Assembly: GCA_011049045.1 (NCBI GenBank)
Contig: DSCO01000022.1
Coordinates: 1,260-65,259 of the forward strand
DNA from: Methanomicrobia archaeon
GTDB lineage: Archaea; Halobacteriota; Syntropharchaeia; Alkanophagales; Methanospirareceae
Reading direction: 5' to 3'
DNA: 64,000 nt
Of the stretch, positions 9,440 through 20,671 are shown one piece after another (position 1 is the stretch's first letter; each line of letters starts with the position of its first letter). The notes beneath the pieces were generated by a model. That model made no database searches and had not been told where the DNA came from. It saw only the letters and a program-made list of their open reading frames with translations. The translations under genes and the position numbers were made by a program.

Positions 9440-10060
9440 ATGAAACCCGCCAAGCATGAATACGAACGCATCCTCGAATTTCTCATCAAAAACGGCTCAG
9501 CCAGCAAATATGGGATCGCAAAAGAGACCGCTATTCCCTATCCCACCGTGTTGCGGAAACTTCCCGTGATGGCGCGCGCGCATCTCGTCCAGAAGATCGG
9601 GGTGGGGAAGCGCGGCGCGGAGATCTATGTGGCAACGCCGAAAGGGACGCTCATCGCGTACTTCAGTGGCCGGGTAGCAATCGCAGAACTCTTTCTGGCA
9701 CTACCCGGGATCATGAGACACGTGCAGATCTCATTTGATGATCTCCCTGCGGTGAAGAACCCGCTGGGGTTTCTTATTGGTGGCTTGCCCTTCACGCTCG
9801 CGAATCTGGAGGACTTGAAGCCCGAGGAGGCCGTGAGTATCCTGGGCGCGATTCTGATCTGGCGGCACGACGAGTGGTATCACGAGATTGGCGAGCGCGA
9901 GCTGGTGCAGTTGCTGTCATGGGACGAGAACTACCAGCTCTTGCGGTTCCTCGTTGCGGGCTCCGTGAACACGCTCAGCAGGATGAGCGAGCAGGCGCAG
10001 CAATTGAGCGCGCGCGCAAGCGTTTTCTTGTCGAAGCTGGATGAGCTTGCGGATCAATAA
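9440..10060 (+). CDS. winged-helix DNA-binding protein, function unknown
   Basis: N-terminal YERILEFLIKNGSASKYGIAKETAIPYPTVLRKL looks like a wHTH. Confidence 0.5.
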   Translation: MKPAKHEYERILEFLIKNGSASKYGIAKETAIPYPTVLRKLPVMARAHLVQKIGVGKRGAEIYVATPKGTLIAYFSGRVAIAELFLALPGIMRHVQISFDDLPAVKNPLGFLIGGLPFTLANLEDLKPEEAVSILGAILIWRHDEWYHEIGERELVQLLSWDENYQLLRFLVAGSVNTLSRMSEQAQQLSARASVFLSKLDELADQ

Positions 10061-10077
10061 CCGCACGAACGAGCGCG

Positions 10078-10653
10078 CTACACGCCCAAATCATCACTGA
10101 GCGGGAGCAACGCGTCGAGTGCGAGCGCGAAGAAGTCGTTCCGCTCAAGACCCAGCTCCTGACAGATCAATATATGCGACCGGCTTACCGTGCGTGCGAA
10201 CGATTTATCCTTGAATTTCTTTGTCAGCGATTTCGGGCGCACGTCCACCAATTTGCGCGAGGGCATCATTAACGCGGTTGGCAGAATGAGTCCTGAGACG
10301 GCGTCCGCAGCAACCAGGGCCTTCGCCATCGCGCTCTCCGGTTCATAGCCCGTCATCTTATTGTGCGCCCTGATCGCGTCCAGACACGCATCCGGCAGTT
10401 TCCCGGTGAGCATCTCAGCGGTCATGAGCCCGTGCTGCTCGAACTCGTCTTTCGTGCGCTCGTAATCCAGATCGTGCAGCAAGCCAACAAGCGTCCATTG
10501 CTCTTTCTCTTCCTCCGTGACGCCCAGCTTTGCCGCGAGCGCCGACATGATCGCAGCAACGGCGAGCATGTGCTTCCGTAACGCATCGGTCTCCACTTCC
10601 TGTTCCAGTAACTCCTGAGCAGCTTCTACTGAAATCATGGTGCTTCTTCTCAC
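10078..10653 (-). CDS. HD-domain phosphohydrolase
   Basis: H...HD motif (LVGLLHDLDYERT) in a 191-aa protein. Confidence 0.65.
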   Translation of the reverse strand: MRRSTMISVEAAQELLEQEVETDALRKHMLAVAAIMSALAAKLGVTEEEKEQWTLVGLLHDLDYERTKDEFEQHGLMTAEMLTGKLPDACLDAIRAHNKMTGYEPESAMAKALVAADAVSGLILPTALMMPSRKLVDVRPKSLTKKFKDKSFARTVSRSHILICQELGLERNDFFALALDALLPLSDDLGV

Positions 10654-10703
10654 GGTCTTTAGTATGAGAATAGAAAGAAAACAGCTAAAAAAGAGTGGTG
10701 ATC

Positions 10704-11279
10704 ATGGCTAGAGAAGCGGAAATGAATCGTATCGCGGAGCGCATCCTGAACTGTACCCGCTGCGAGCTGTGGCGAACCCGTACCAGGCCGGTGGTCGGTG
10801 AGGGCTCGCTCGTCGCGCGAATCATGCTCGTCGGTGAGGCCCCCGGCTACTCTGAAGATCAGCAGGGCAGGCCCTTCGTCGGCAAGGCCGGGAAGGTGCT
10901 CGATGAGCTCCTTGACTCGATTGGTCTCACTCGCGACGACGTATACATCGCGAACATCCTGAAATGCCGCCCGCCACAGAACCGGAACCCGCAGCTCGAG
11001 GAGATACGGGCCTGCACACCATATCTGGATGCGCAGCTTGAGCTCGTTAATCCTGCGATCATCGCGACACTCGGCAATTTCTCGCTGGCGTATATCTTCG
11101 ACAAGTTCGGCCTGCCGAAGGAGCGCATAGGCAAGATCCACGGAACGGTCTTCACGGTGAGCACGATCGCCGGCGTTAAGCGGATCGTGCCCCTCTACCA
11201 TCCCGCGGTCGCGACCTACAATGCCAGCATGCTTGCCACGCTAAGAGCTGATTTTACCGTGCTGACCAGGTATCTTTGA
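10704..11279 (+). CDS. udg: uracil-DNA glycosylase, family 4
   Basis: CTRCELW Fe-S cysteines and GEAPGYSEDQQGRPFVGKAG motif. Confidence 0.8.
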   Translation: MAREAEMNRIAERILNCTRCELWRTRTRPVVGEGSLVARIMLVGEAPGYSEDQQGRPFVGKAGKVLDELLDSIGLTRDDVYIANILKCRPPQNRNPQLEEIRACTPYLDAQLELVNPAIIATLGNFSLAYIFDKFGLPKERIGKIHGTVFTVSTIAGVKRIVPLYHPAVATYNASMLATLRADFTVLTRYL

Positions 11280-11403
11280 GTGTGGTCAACAGTTTCATCG
11301 CTTCTGTATGATTTCTCGCAAACGATTCCGTCGAGGATCTCAATAAGGCGTTATAACCCTCTTTGCCCTTCGCTTCGCCTGCCGGGTTCTTCTACCCATC
11401 GAG

Positions 11404-12804
11404 CTACGCTTTCGCCCGGTAGTTCGGATGGTACTTCTTGATGATGTGCTCGTCGATTCGCTTCAGCTCGCCTTCGGGCAGTGTGGAAAGCAAGTCCCAG
11501 CCCAGGTCAAGCGTCTCTTCGATGCTCCGGTCCTCGTTCCTGCTCTGTGTCACGAACCGTTTCTCAAATTCGTCCGCGAACTCCAGGAACCGCCGATCAC
11601 GCGTCGTCAACGCTTCCTCACCGACGACCGCAACGAGATCTCGCATGTCTCGCCCTTCCGCATAGCCCGCGTAGAGCTGGTTAGACACGCCCGAGTGATC
11701 ATCACGCGTTCGCCCCTCGCCGATACCCTCGTTCATCAGCCTCGAGAGTGAGGGCAGCACATCCACGGGCGGATAAATACCGCGTCGGTGCAGGTTGCGC
11801 GAGAGCACGAACTGACCCTCAGTAATATACCCGGTCAGATCGGGGATCGGGTGCGTGATATCGTCATCCGGCATGCTCAGGATCGGGATCTGGGTGATCG
11901 AGCCCTTGCGACCTCTGATTCGCCCTGCGCGCTCGTAATTCGTTGAGAGGTCGGTGTACATGTAGCCCGGATACCCGCGCCGGCCCGGCACCTCCTCGCG
12001 TGCCGCAGAGATCTCGCGCAGCGCCTCACAGTAGTTCGTCATGTCCGTGAGAATAACGAGGATGTGCATGTCGTATTCATACGCGAGGAATTCCGCGGTG
12101 GTCAGGGCCATACGGGGTGTGATCGTCCGCTCGATTGCCGGGTCGTCTGCGAGGTTGAGGAACGCCACGATCCGCTCGATCGCACCGGTGCGCTCGAAAT
12201 CCTGCATGAAGAACGAGGCTTCCTCGTGCGTGATACCCATGGCGGCAAATACCACGGAGAACGGCTCGCTCGTCGTCAGCACCTTCGCCTGGCGCGCGAT
12301 CTGCGCAGCCAGTGCATTATGCGGCATGCCCGCGCCGGAGAAGATCGGCAGCTTCTGCCCGCGCACGAGCGTGTTCATCCCGTCGATCGTCGAGATCCCT
12401 GTCTGGATGAACTCACGCGGGTAATCTCGGGTCGTGGGATTGATGGAAGCGCCGATGACCGAGAGCCGCTCTTCAGGAATGACCTCCGGCCCGCCATCCC
12501 GTGGCCGGCCCAGCCCATCAAAGAACCGACCCACCATGTCTTGCGAGACGCTCACCCGCATGATGTCTCCGGTGAATCGTACCCGCGTCTTTGCGGTGTC
12601 GATCCCGGACGTGCCTTCGAAGACCTGCACCACGGCGAGCCCCGTGCTCGATTCCAGGACCTGTCCCATCTTCTCTTCACCGGTGGGCGTAACGATCCGC
12701 ACGACCTCGCCGTAGGAAACGCCCTCAACGTTCTCGACCACAATCAACGGCCCTGCCGCTTCTCGTATCGTTGTATATTCACGTGCAGAGGTATCTATCG
12801 CCAT
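11404..12804 (-). CDS. atpB: A-type (A1Ao) ATP synthase subunit B
   Basis: 466-aa ORF with typical A/V-type B subunit sequence (e.g. [22 protein letters not shown]). Confidence 0.95.
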   Translation of the reverse strand: MAIDTSAREYTTIREAAGPLIVVENVEGVSYGEVVRIVTPTGEEKMGQVLESSTGLAVVQVFEGTSGIDTAKTRVRFTGDIMRVSVSQDMVGRFFDGLGRPRDGGPEVIPEERLSVIGASINPTTRDYPREFIQTGISTIDGMNTLVRGQKLPIFSGAGMPHNALAAQIARQAKVLTTSEPFSVVFAAMGITHEEASFFMQDFERTGAIERIVAFLNLADDPAIERTITPRMALTTAEFLAYEYDMHILVILTDMTNYCEALREISAAREEVPGRRGYPGYMYTDLSTNYERAGRIRGRKGSITQIPILSMPDDDITHPIPDLTGYITEGQFVLSRNLHRRGIYPPVDVLPSLSRLMNEGIGEGRTRDDHSGVSNQLYAGYAEGRDMRDLVAVVGEEALTTRDRRFLEFADEFEKRFVTQSRNEDRSIEETLDLGWDLLSTLPEGELKRIDEHIIKKYHPNYRAKA

Positions 12805-12845
12805 GTCATTTCCTCCTTATTTATAGCCTGCTTCTGGCCGCTCGC

Positions 12846-14627
12846 TCACGCAGCCTCAGCCTCCCGCATCTTGACCGCTTCAAATTCACCCTTCATGTCG
12901 CGCATGAGCGTATCGTAGGTCGTCCGGAACTGGTCACTCGGGATATATTTCATGCGCGCTATCGCGTCCTTGATCTTCATCCCCTCGATCTTCTCGATCC
13001 CGATTCCGGCCTCGATCAGCTCGTTCGTGAAGCTGTACCAGCGCAGTACGATCTTGGCCATCAAATACTGCTTCTCAAGGGAGCAGAACGAATCGATATC
13101 ATGGTACGCGTTCTGCTGCAGGAAATCCTCACGGATCATTCGGGCGACCTCCAGCGTCCCCCGCTCGCGGGGCGGTAACGCGTCCGCACCGACGAGCTGC
13201 ACGATCTCCTGCAGCTCCGATTCCTTCTGCAGCAGCGCCATCATCTCCTCCTGCTGCTCCATGAAATCGGGTGTCTCCGGCTTGTTGTACCAGGTACGGA
13301 GTTCATTGAGATAGAGTGAATAGCTCCTGAGCCAGCTGATCGCCGGGAAGTGCCGCCGATCTGCCAGCGTGGAATCAAGCGCCCAGAAAACGCCGACCAC
13401 CCGCAGCGTGTTCTGCGTCACCGGCTCTGAGAAGTCACCACCCGGTGGCGAGACCGCACCGACAACAGTAACCGAGCCAATACGGTTCTCAGCACGCGAG
13501 CAGAGCGTCCTGACGCGGCCTGCGCGCTCGTAGAAATCGGCCAGGCGTGTCGCCAGATACGCAGGATACCCTTCCTCACCCGGCATCTCTTCCAACCGGC
13601 CAGAGATCTCGCGCAGTGCCTCTGCCCAGCGTGAGGTCGAATCAGCTTGAATCGCGGCATCATAGCCCATATCGCGATAGTACTCGGCGAGCGTAATGCC
13701 GGTATAAATCGACGCTTCGCGCGCAGCCACGGGCATGTTCGAGGTGTTCGCAATGAGCGTAGACCGCTCCATCAGCTTCTCACCGCTGTAAGGATCGATC
13801 AGCTTCGGGAAGTCCTCGAGTACCTCGGTCATCTCGTTCCCGCGCTCGCCGCAGCCGATATACACAATCACCTGCGCGTCTGCCCAGCGAGCCAGCTGAT
13901 GCTGCATAACCGTCTTGCCAGTCCCGAACCCGCCGGGAATCGCACCCGTGCCGCCCTTCGCGATCGGGAAGAAGGTATCATTGATCCGCTGCCCGGTCAA
14001 TAAGGGCACCTCGGGGTCCAGCTTCTCCTTATACGGTCGCCCCTTTCGCACCGGCCACTTCTGCAGCATGCTCAACTCCACGTCCTCACCCTCGGTCTGG
14101 ATTCGCGCAATCACCTGATCAACCGTGAACTCACCCGCTTTCAACTCCACCAATTTGCCCTTCACACGCGGCGGCACGAGTATCTTATGCGTGATGACCT
14201 TCGTCTCCGGCACCGCGCCCAGGATATCGCCACCAACGACTTCTGCGCCTTCCGCCATGCTCGGCGTGAACTGCCACTTCCGCTCGCGATCGAGTGAATC
14301 GACCGTGATACCGCGTGTGATGTAATCGCCCGCCTTCTTCGCTATTTCCTCCAACGGACGCTGCACGCCATCATAAAAATTCTTCAAAATACCCGGACCA
14401 AGTTCAACCGATAACGGTGACTTGGTCCTGATGACCGGTTCACCGGGCTTCAAACCCGTGGTATCCTCATAAACTTGAATATAAGCGCGGGCGCCATCCA
14501 AGCGAATCGTCTCGCCCATCAAGCCCTCCTCGCCCACCTTAATCACTTCGTACATCTCGCAGCCGCGCATCTTATCACCAATAACCAGCGGACCTGCAAT
14601 CCGATCTATCACTCCCTCTTCGCCCAT
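12846..14627 (-). CDS. atpA: A-type (A1Ao) ATP synthase catalytic subunit A
   Basis: 593-aa ORF with P-loop GGFGTGKTV and the A-subunit non-homologous insert region. Confidence 0.95.
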   Translation of the reverse strand: MGEEGVIDRIAGPLVIGDKMRGCEMYEVIKVGEEGLMGETIRLDGARAYIQVYEDTTGLKPGEPVIRTKSPLSVELGPGILKNFYDGVQRPLEEIAKKAGDYITRGITVDSLDRERKWQFTPSMAEGAEVVGGDILGAVPETKVITHKILVPPRVKGKLVELKAGEFTVDQVIARIQTEGEDVELSMLQKWPVRKGRPYKEKLDPEVPLLTGQRINDTFFPIAKGGTGAIPGGFGTGKTVMQHQLARWADAQVIVYIGCGERGNEMTEVLEDFPKLIDPYSGEKLMERSTLIANTSNMPVAAREASIYTGITLAEYYRDMGYDAAIQADSTSRWAEALREISGRLEEMPGEEGYPAYLATRLADFYERAGRVRTLCSRAENRIGSVTVVGAVSPPGGDFSEPVTQNTLRVVGVFWALDSTLADRRHFPAISWLRSYSLYLNELRTWYNKPETPDFMEQQEEMMALLQKESELQEIVQLVGADALPPRERGTLEVARMIREDFLQQNAYHDIDSFCSLEKQYLMAKIVLRWYSFTNELIEAGIGIEKIEGMKIKDAIARMKYIPSDQFRTTYDTLMRDMKGEFEAVKMREAEAA

Positions 14628-14915
14628 CTTCTCCTTCTCCTTTTCTGCGCTACACTACACTACTTCGGCTCGCCTCAACAAAAAGGGTTACTATAGTCTC
14701 TCCTTGTACCGCAGGGAACGGCAGGTAGAAAAAGGTACGCAGAAGTATTAATACTATACCGTGACTGACTGCGGAAGCTCGATCACCTGCGGTGCTCAGC
14801 AGGGTGCCTGGCATGTAGAAACTACTTTCCGCCGTTGGAGCGGGAAGGCACGGGTTATATAAAGCCCCTCGGCATGAGGTATGTATAAGTATAACGATAC
14901 GGAGGTCTGAAACAC

Positions 14916-15251
14916 ATGGTGAAAACATCTCTGGGGCTGGAAGAGAATGTCGCGGGCGCGCTCTGCTATATTCTGGGCTGGATCAGCGGTATTGTCTTCT
15001 TCCTGCTGGAGAAAGAGAACCGATTCGTGCGATTTCACGCGATGCAATCGGTTGCGACGTTTCTACCGCTGACCCTCATTATCTGGATTATACCGGCGCT
15101 CTTCTTATGGGTTCCCGTCGTCAGCTGGGCGCTCTTATCCCTTATCAGGATCCTGATCCTGATACTGTGGCTGGTCTTGATGATCAAGGCCTATCAGGGA
15201 GAGCGATACAAGTTACCGATCGTTGGCGATTTCGCAGAGAAGCAAATCTGA
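14916..15251 (+). CDS. DUF4870-like small membrane protein
   Basis: ENVAGALCYILGWISGIVFFLLEKENRFVRFHAMQS followed by further TM segments. Confidence 0.6.
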   Translation: MVKTSLGLEENVAGALCYILGWISGIVFFLLEKENRFVRFHAMQSVATFLPLTLIIWIIPALFLWVPVVSWALLSLIRILILILWLVLMIKAYQGERYKLPIVGDFAEKQI

Positions 15252-15613
15252 TTCACGGTGGCGCGCAAAGGGCATAATCAGTACGTGCTCTGTACGTCGT
15301 TGGTGTCAGCGATCCTTTTCATGGTCTTCATCAACGACGGCAGTGCTGACCCCGGCGGAGACGGTGGCGCGGCACGGCCAACCACTCCGGCTGAGACGAT
15401 AAGAGCTGCGGAAACAGGCGAAGAGGGAGAAACACCGGAGAGCGTAGTCACTGCTGCTCTCCCGCCCGTTTGGTTTTAGCTTCTTCTTTCTCTTTTCCCG
15501 CTCACTTCATACAGCTATTACAGGTACTGCCGAAGGCGCGGATCAAAAGTATTATTATGCCGCTCTTCTTTCTTGATATGGTAGCTTGCACTATCATTCA
15601 TTCGGAGTCCACT

Positions 15614-17242
15614 ATGCAGAACCCTCTGGAGCGACCGGTCCTGGTTACGTCCGCATTGCCCTATGTTAATGGCTACTGTCACATCGGGCATCTGAGGACC
15701 TATGTCCCCGCGGACATCTATGTACGCATGCTCAGGAAGTTGGGTGCAGACGTAACGTTTATCAGCGGGTCTGATACCCACGGTACGCCCATCGTTCTGA
15801 GCGCAGAGGCGCAGGGCATCACACCCGAGGAGGTCGTTGCGAAGTATCATGAGCATTTCCGGTCGGTCTTCACCGAGCTTCATATCGGGTTCGACTATTA
15901 CGGGCAGACGGATTCAGCCACGAACCATCAACGCACCCTGGACATCGTTACGCGGTTGATTGATAACGGGTACGTGTACCTGGAAACGGTCAAGCAGGCG
16001 TATTGCAGTAGCTGCGGGCGATTCTTGCCCGATCGTTATGTGGAAGGAACGTGCCCGTACTGCGGCGAGAGCGCACGCGGCGACGAGTGTGACCAGGGCT
16101 GTGGCAAGCATCTGGAGCCCGGTGAGATCTTAGAGCCGCATTGCAAGATCTGCGGCTGTGCAGCGGCTTTCAAGGATCAGGAGCATTACTACTTCAAGCT
16201 CTCATCCTTTAAGGCGTTTCTTCTCGGCTATCTGGAAAACCTGGATGGCACGCTGAACGCGCGGAACTATGCGCGTGAATGGGTGAAGAAGGAGCTGGCT
16301 GATTGGTGTATCACGCGGAACCTGGACTGGGGCGTGAAGTTCCCGGGCCGTGAGGATCTCGTGGTTTACGTCTGGGTCGACGCGCCGATCGGCTATATCG
16401 CCTTCACGGAAGAGCTGCTGAAGGCGCGTGATACGGGCGAGCACGCATGGGAACGGTACTGGAAGGAGCACGATGCGCGGATCGTGCATTTCATCGGCAC
16501 GGACATCGTGTATCATCACTGCATCTTCTGGCCCGCGATGCTGAAAGGCGCGGGCTATTCCCTACCCGCTGCGGTCGTCGCCTCGGGCATGGTGACGATC
16601 AACGGCAAAGCGTTCTCGAAGACGCGCGGTAATGTCGTCTGGGTCTCCGAGTTCCTGGAGCGGTTCCATCCTGACACGCTGCGGTACTTTCTGGTGGCGC
16701 AGTCGAGCCACACCAAGGAGCTGGATTTCTCCTGGGAGTCATTCGCCTTGCGTGTGAACAAGGAGCTGGTAGCGATCCTCGGTAATCTGGTGAACCGTAT
16801 TCTCTCATTTACGCACCGGAACTTCGGCGTTATACCCGCGGGCACTATCCGGGAAGAGGTCATCGAGGAGATCGAGAAGACGAAGCTGGAAGTGCTGCGT
16901 GCGCTGGAGGAGTACGAGTTCAAGAAGCTCGTAGACGCGGTAATGAAGCTCGCGGACTTTGGGAACAGCTATTTCCAGCGCGAGGAGCCCTGGCACTTGA
17001 TCAAGACGGGCGATCAGGGTAGGGCGCGTGTGGGTGAGATCATCAAGAACGTATTGCAGCTCGTAAAAGCGATCTGCATCTTACTGGAGCCGGTGATGCC
17101 GGCGAAGATGGACGAGGTGTGGCAGCAGCTCGGCATGGCCGGTGATCTGCATGCGGTGCAACTGGATGAATTGACCGTGCCCGTGGAGAGCGGGAAGCAG
17201 GTGGCGAAGCCGAGGATATTGTTCGAGAAGGTGGAAGTCTAG
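15614..17242 (+). CDS. metG: methionyl-tRNA synthetase
   Basis: [13 protein letters not shown] (HIGH motif), zinc knuckles CSSCGRF / CPYCG, and KFSKTRG (KMSKS-like). ATG at 15614 is preferred over the long ORF start at 15470. Confidence 0.9.
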   Translation: MQNPLERPVLVTSALPYVNGYCHIGHLRTYVPADIYVRMLRKLGADVTFISGSDTHGTPIVLSAEAQGITPEEVVAKYHEHFRSVFTELHIGFDYYGQTDSATNHQRTLDIVTRLIDNGYVYLETVKQAYCSSCGRFLPDRYVEGTCPYCGESARGDECDQGCGKHLEPGEILEPHCKICGCAAAFKDQEHYYFKLSSFKAFLLGYLENLDGTLNARNYAREWVKKELADWCITRNLDWGVKFPGREDLVVYVWVDAPIGYIAFTEELLKARDTGEHAWERYWKEHDARIVHFIGTDIVYHHCIFWPAMLKGAGYSLPAAVVASGMVTINGKAFSKTRGNVVWVSEFLERFHPDTLRYFLVAQSSHTKELDFSWESFALRVNKELVAILGNLVNRILSFTHRNFGVIPAGTIREEVIEEIEKTKLEVLRALEEYEFKKLVDAVMKLADFGNSYFQREEPWHLIKTGDQGRARVGEIIKNVLQLVKAICILLEPVMPAKMDEVWQQLGMAGDLHAVQLDELTVPVESGKQVAKPRILFEKVEV

Positions 17243-17278
17243 CCTAGCCTAGCCTAGCCTAGCCTAGCCTAACCTAAC
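17239..17278. repeat. pentanucleotide microsatellite (CTAGC)x6 + (CTAAC)x2 that includes the metG stop codon
   Basis: ctagcctagcctagcctagcctagcctagcctaacctaac read directly; the metG TAG is at 17240..17242. Confidence 0.95.
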
Positions 17279-17482
17279 GAACGCTGATCTTATCTTATTG
17301 GCGGGCGGGTATACTGTCTGGGCCCGAAATGCAGAGCATAAGTGCTCATTGCGTTACCGGAGCTGCTACCGTTTGGCTGAGCGCGAGCGCCCCCGTCGGG
17401 TACCGCTTCACGAGCGCATAGCAGCCTTTTATTACCGCCGACCTTATCATTCAGTATCCGGGGTAGGTAGAGGTGCACGCTT

Positions 17483-17974
17483 ATGAAGATCTCCATGGAT
17501 ATTGAATTACAGGATATTCCGGGCCAGCTAGTCCGAGCCTTACAGCCCATTTCGGACTCCGGAGGGAATATCGTCAGCGTTGTGCATCACCATGATAAAA
17601 TGACCCCCTCCGGACGCATACCGGTGCAGCTCGTTGTTGAGCTGGACGAGCAGCGATTAGAGCGGCTCGTTACTGCGCTCGTGGACCGTGGCGTGACCGT
17701 CGTACGAACCGGTGAGGAGCGGTTGAAGGAGTCCATGGTCGTGCTCCTCATCGGGCATATTGTTCATTCTGACCTTCGGGAAACGATCGACAGGATTGAT
17801 CGCACGGGCTTTGCCGAGGTGGTCGCGCTCTCACTCTCTATGCCGAGTGTGCATGAGGAATCGTCCGCGTCCGTGACGATCAGCGCAATTGGAGAGCATG
17901 AGCTGCGGGAAGCATTGCACATTTTAGAGCGGACCGCGCGGGAGAAAGGGATCATGGTTATCGCACCTATTTAA
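17483..17974 (+). CDS. ACT-domain protein
   Basis: N-terminal ACT-like fold pattern (IELQDIPGQLVRALQPISDSGGNIVSV). Sits directly upstream of hom. Confidence 0.55.
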   Translation: MKISMDIELQDIPGQLVRALQPISDSGGNIVSVVHHHDKMTPSGRIPVQLVVELDEQRLERLVTALVDRGVTVVRTGEERLKESMVVLLIGHIVHSDLRETIDRIDRTGFAEVVALSLSMPSVHEESSASVTISAIGEHELREALHILERTAREKGIMVIAPI

Positions 17975-18008
17975 GGTGCGTGCGTGGTGAGATGAGGGAA
18001 TAGATGCT

Positions 18009-19028
18009 ATGAGCATGCAGAGTAACGTGAAAACGGTACGGATCTCGATCATCGGCTTTGGCTACGTCGGTGCTGGATTAGCGGAGGTGATTCGGCGGAA
18101 GCGAGCGGAGCTAACGGGCACCTACGGTCTGGATTTGAGGATTGTCGGAATTGCGGATTTAAACGGCATTTTTATCGATGAGCACGGCCTTGACGAGTCC
18201 GATTTATTAAAGCTGCGGAGCGGAGCGAAGGAGTGGGAGCGCCCGGCGGGGATGACGACGCTCAAGCTCATCAAGGAGCTGGATCATGAGGTGATGGTCG
18301 AGACTACACCCACGAACGTTGAAACCGGCCAGCCAGGCCTGTTGCATATCAGTACTGCACTGGAGTCTGGCAGGCACGTGGTCACCTCGAATAAGGGGCC
18401 GCTCGCGCTGGAATACTCACGCCTCACGGATCTTGCGGCAGCACAGGCTCGCGCACTCAAATATGAAGCGACGGTCGGCGGCGCGATGCCGCTTATCTCG
18501 CTGATACGGGATAATCTTGCGGGAAACGGCGTGCTTTCGATCCAGGGCATTCTGAACGGCACGTGCAACTATATTCTCACCCGAATGGCCGAGGAGGGGC
18601 TGCCGTACGAGCATGTGCTCAAAGAGGCGCAGGAGCTTGGGTACGCTGAAGCGGACCCGTCGAGCGATGTTAAAGGGGTCGATACCGCGGTTAAGCTCGT
18701 CATCCTCGCCAATTCCGTCTTTGGCATGAATGCGACCTATAAGGACGTGGAGGTAACCGGGATCACGGCAATCACACCTGACGCGCTGAAGCTCGCGGAT
18801 GATGCGGGCTATGTGATCAAACTGATTGGCGAGGTGGGACGAGCAGGTTGCTTGAAAGTGCGGCCGCGACTGGTGCCCAAGGACGATCCGCTCAACGTCA
18901 GTGGCACGCTGAACGTGGCTACGATCAAGACGGATCTCGCAGGCGATATCACGATCATTGGCAAAGGCGCGGGCCCGATAGAGGCAGCGAGTGCCATTCT
19001 CGCTGATATCATCAGCATCTACCGGTAA
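18009..19028 (+). CDS. hom: homoserine dehydrogenase
   Basis: IIGFGYVGAG NAD(P) motif, and NGTCNYILTRM / ELGYAEADPSSDVKGVD typical of Hom. Confidence 0.85.
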   Translation: MSMQSNVKTVRISIIGFGYVGAGLAEVIRRKRAELTGTYGLDLRIVGIADLNGIFIDEHGLDESDLLKLRSGAKEWERPAGMTTLKLIKELDHEVMVETTPTNVETGQPGLLHISTALESGRHVVTSNKGPLALEYSRLTDLAAAQARALKYEATVGGAMPLISLIRDNLAGNGVLSIQGILNGTCNYILTRMAEEGLPYEHVLKEAQELGYAEADPSSDVKGVDTAVKLVILANSVFGMNATYKDVEVTGITAITPDALKLADDAGYVIKLIGEVGRAGCLKVRPRLVPKDDPLNVSGTLNVATIKTDLAGDITIIGKGAGPIEAASAILADIISIYR

Positions 19029-19141
19029 GATAGATCGCGGGTGGGCGCATCGCATACATATATCCATCCCGATCACCGCGCGCGCCCGTCAAGGACACGT
19101 ACGTAGGTAGCATTGAGCAGTAAAGAGGAGTTGAGAGCCTC

Positions 19142-19939
19142 ATGGTAAACGAAAAGGGCAGCATCGTGATTTCCCTCACCCCGTCGGAGTCGCGGCGGCT
19201 CATTGCGAAAGGGGTTGCGAATCTGGACGTGGTGCAGCGTGCACTGGAGCATGGCACGATCGTTATCGGACTGGGAACAACCAATGCGTACGTCGCCGAG
19301 GAGCTTTTGCGTTACGCGTCTGGAGCAGAGGCGGTGCTCGAGAAGCAGCGCTATGCGGCCGGTGTGATCACGGCTGAGGGCCTGTGCGTCGTACCGAAAG
19401 AAGCGCGAATACAGGAGATCATCCTGCGAAACGGCACGGTAAGCGGGGAACGTATCAGCGACGCGATCGAGACGCTAAGGGCAGATGACGTCTTCATCAA
19501 GGGCGCCAATGCGCTGGATGCGACGGGCACGGCGGGCATACTCATGGCCAATCGGTTAGGGGGCACGATCGGCGCGGCGCTCGGGTCCGTGATGGCGCGT
19601 GGCGTGCAGTTTATCATTCCCGTAGGGCTCGAGAAGACGATCCCCTATTCCATTGCCGATGCGGCGAAGCGTGTCGGGATCGACCGGTGCGCGAGCGCAT
19701 TGGGCTGGCCGGTGGGCTTGATGCCCGTGCACGGCCGGGTGATCACCGAGCTGGATGCCTTGAAGATCCTGGGTGCGGACGATGCCTTTCCCATCGCTGC
19801 CGGTGGCATCAATGGTGGCGAAGGCTCCGTCGTTATCTGCTGCGAGGGTGATCCCGCAACACTGGACGCGGTGATGACGCTCGTGCGTCAACTCAAGGGT
19901 GAGGCACCGGTACGGGTGGTGAGCACGGACTGTCTGTAG
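19142..19939 (+). CDS. conserved hypothetical protein
   Basis: 265-aa ORF with normal codon structure. No motif recognised. Confidence 0.45.
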   Translation: MVNEKGSIVISLTPSESRRLIAKGVANLDVVQRALEHGTIVIGLGTTNAYVAEELLRYASGAEAVLEKQRYAAGVITAEGLCVVPKEARIQEIILRNGTVSGERISDAIETLRADDVFIKGANALDATGTAGILMANRLGGTIGAALGSVMARGVQFIIPVGLEKTIPYSIADAAKRVGIDRCASALGWPVGLMPVHGRVITELDALKILGADDAFPIAAGGINGGEGSVVICCEGDPATLDAVMTLVRQLKGEAPVRVVSTDCL

Positions 19940-19994
19940 CGGTAGACAGAGCGAGCTGAGAAATCTTATAAGCGCAAATACGCTACCATAAACT

Positions 19995-20606
19995 ATGGAT
20001 AAGCGGAATCGCCCTTCGATCTTCGACCTGGTCGAGCGGTATATGGAACGCGTGCTTGAGGAGATGAGCAAGCTGCCCGCGCCCACCGAAGAGGAGCTTG
20101 CGCGCATGATGAGACGGGGCCCACATGAGCTTGACGAGTGGTTCCGCGACCCCTTCGAAGAGATGCTGCGGGAGCTGGAGTCTGAGCGGCCGGAGGAGCT
20201 CCATAAACGTCACGGACCGTTCATTTACGGGTTCTCCTACACCCGGGAGCCGGGAAAGGAACCGGCCTTCAAGGAGTTTGGGAACAGTAAATCAGCTAAC
20301 GGACGCTTGGAGCCCGCGTTGAACGGTGAGCGTGAGCCGCTGGTGGACGTCATTGAAGAGGCTGATGCGTACGAAATCGTGGCGGAATTGCCCGGTGTTG
20401 AGCGGGGGGAAATCAAGTTACACGCCACCGAGGATGCGCTTGAGATCAGAACGGTGGGTGAGGTGCACTTCTATAAGGAAGTCCCCTTCGAGACCTGTGT
20501 CAAGCCAGAGACCGCCACGGCGACCTACCGGAACGGGGTGCTCAGCGTCCGGATAGCGAAACGCGGTGACGCGAGGAAGAAGAAGACGCCGATCCCGCTC
20601 GAATAA
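19995..20606 (+). CDS. small heat shock protein (Hsp20/alpha-crystallin) with long N-terminal extension
   Basis: C-terminal alpha-crystallin domain: PLVDVIEEADAYEIVAELPGVERGEIKL...YRNGVLSVRIAK. Confidence 0.8.
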   Translation: MDKRNRPSIFDLVERYMERVLEEMSKLPAPTEEELARMMRRGPHELDEWFRDPFEEMLRELESERPEELHKRHGPFIYGFSYTREPGKEPAFKEFGNSKSANGRLEPALNGEREPLVDVIEEADAYEIVAELPGVERGEIKLHATEDALEIRTVGEVHFYKEVPFETCVKPETATATYRNGVLSVRIAKRGDARKKKTPIPLE

Positions 20607-20671
20607 GCCGCACCGTAGCAGGGGCCGTGACCGTGTGGTAACCACTCAAGATCGGCGGTAAATCCATCTCC

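Noticed and set aside
15258-15479. 73-aa ORF between the DUF4870 gene and metG
   Set aside because: Non-ATG start, Gly/Ala/Pro/Glu-rich low-complexity tail, and no motif. Not enough support.
17280-17482. Possible riboswitch or leader upstream of the ACT-hom genes
   Set aside because: I could not identify a convincing conserved structure or any known riboswitch core by eye.
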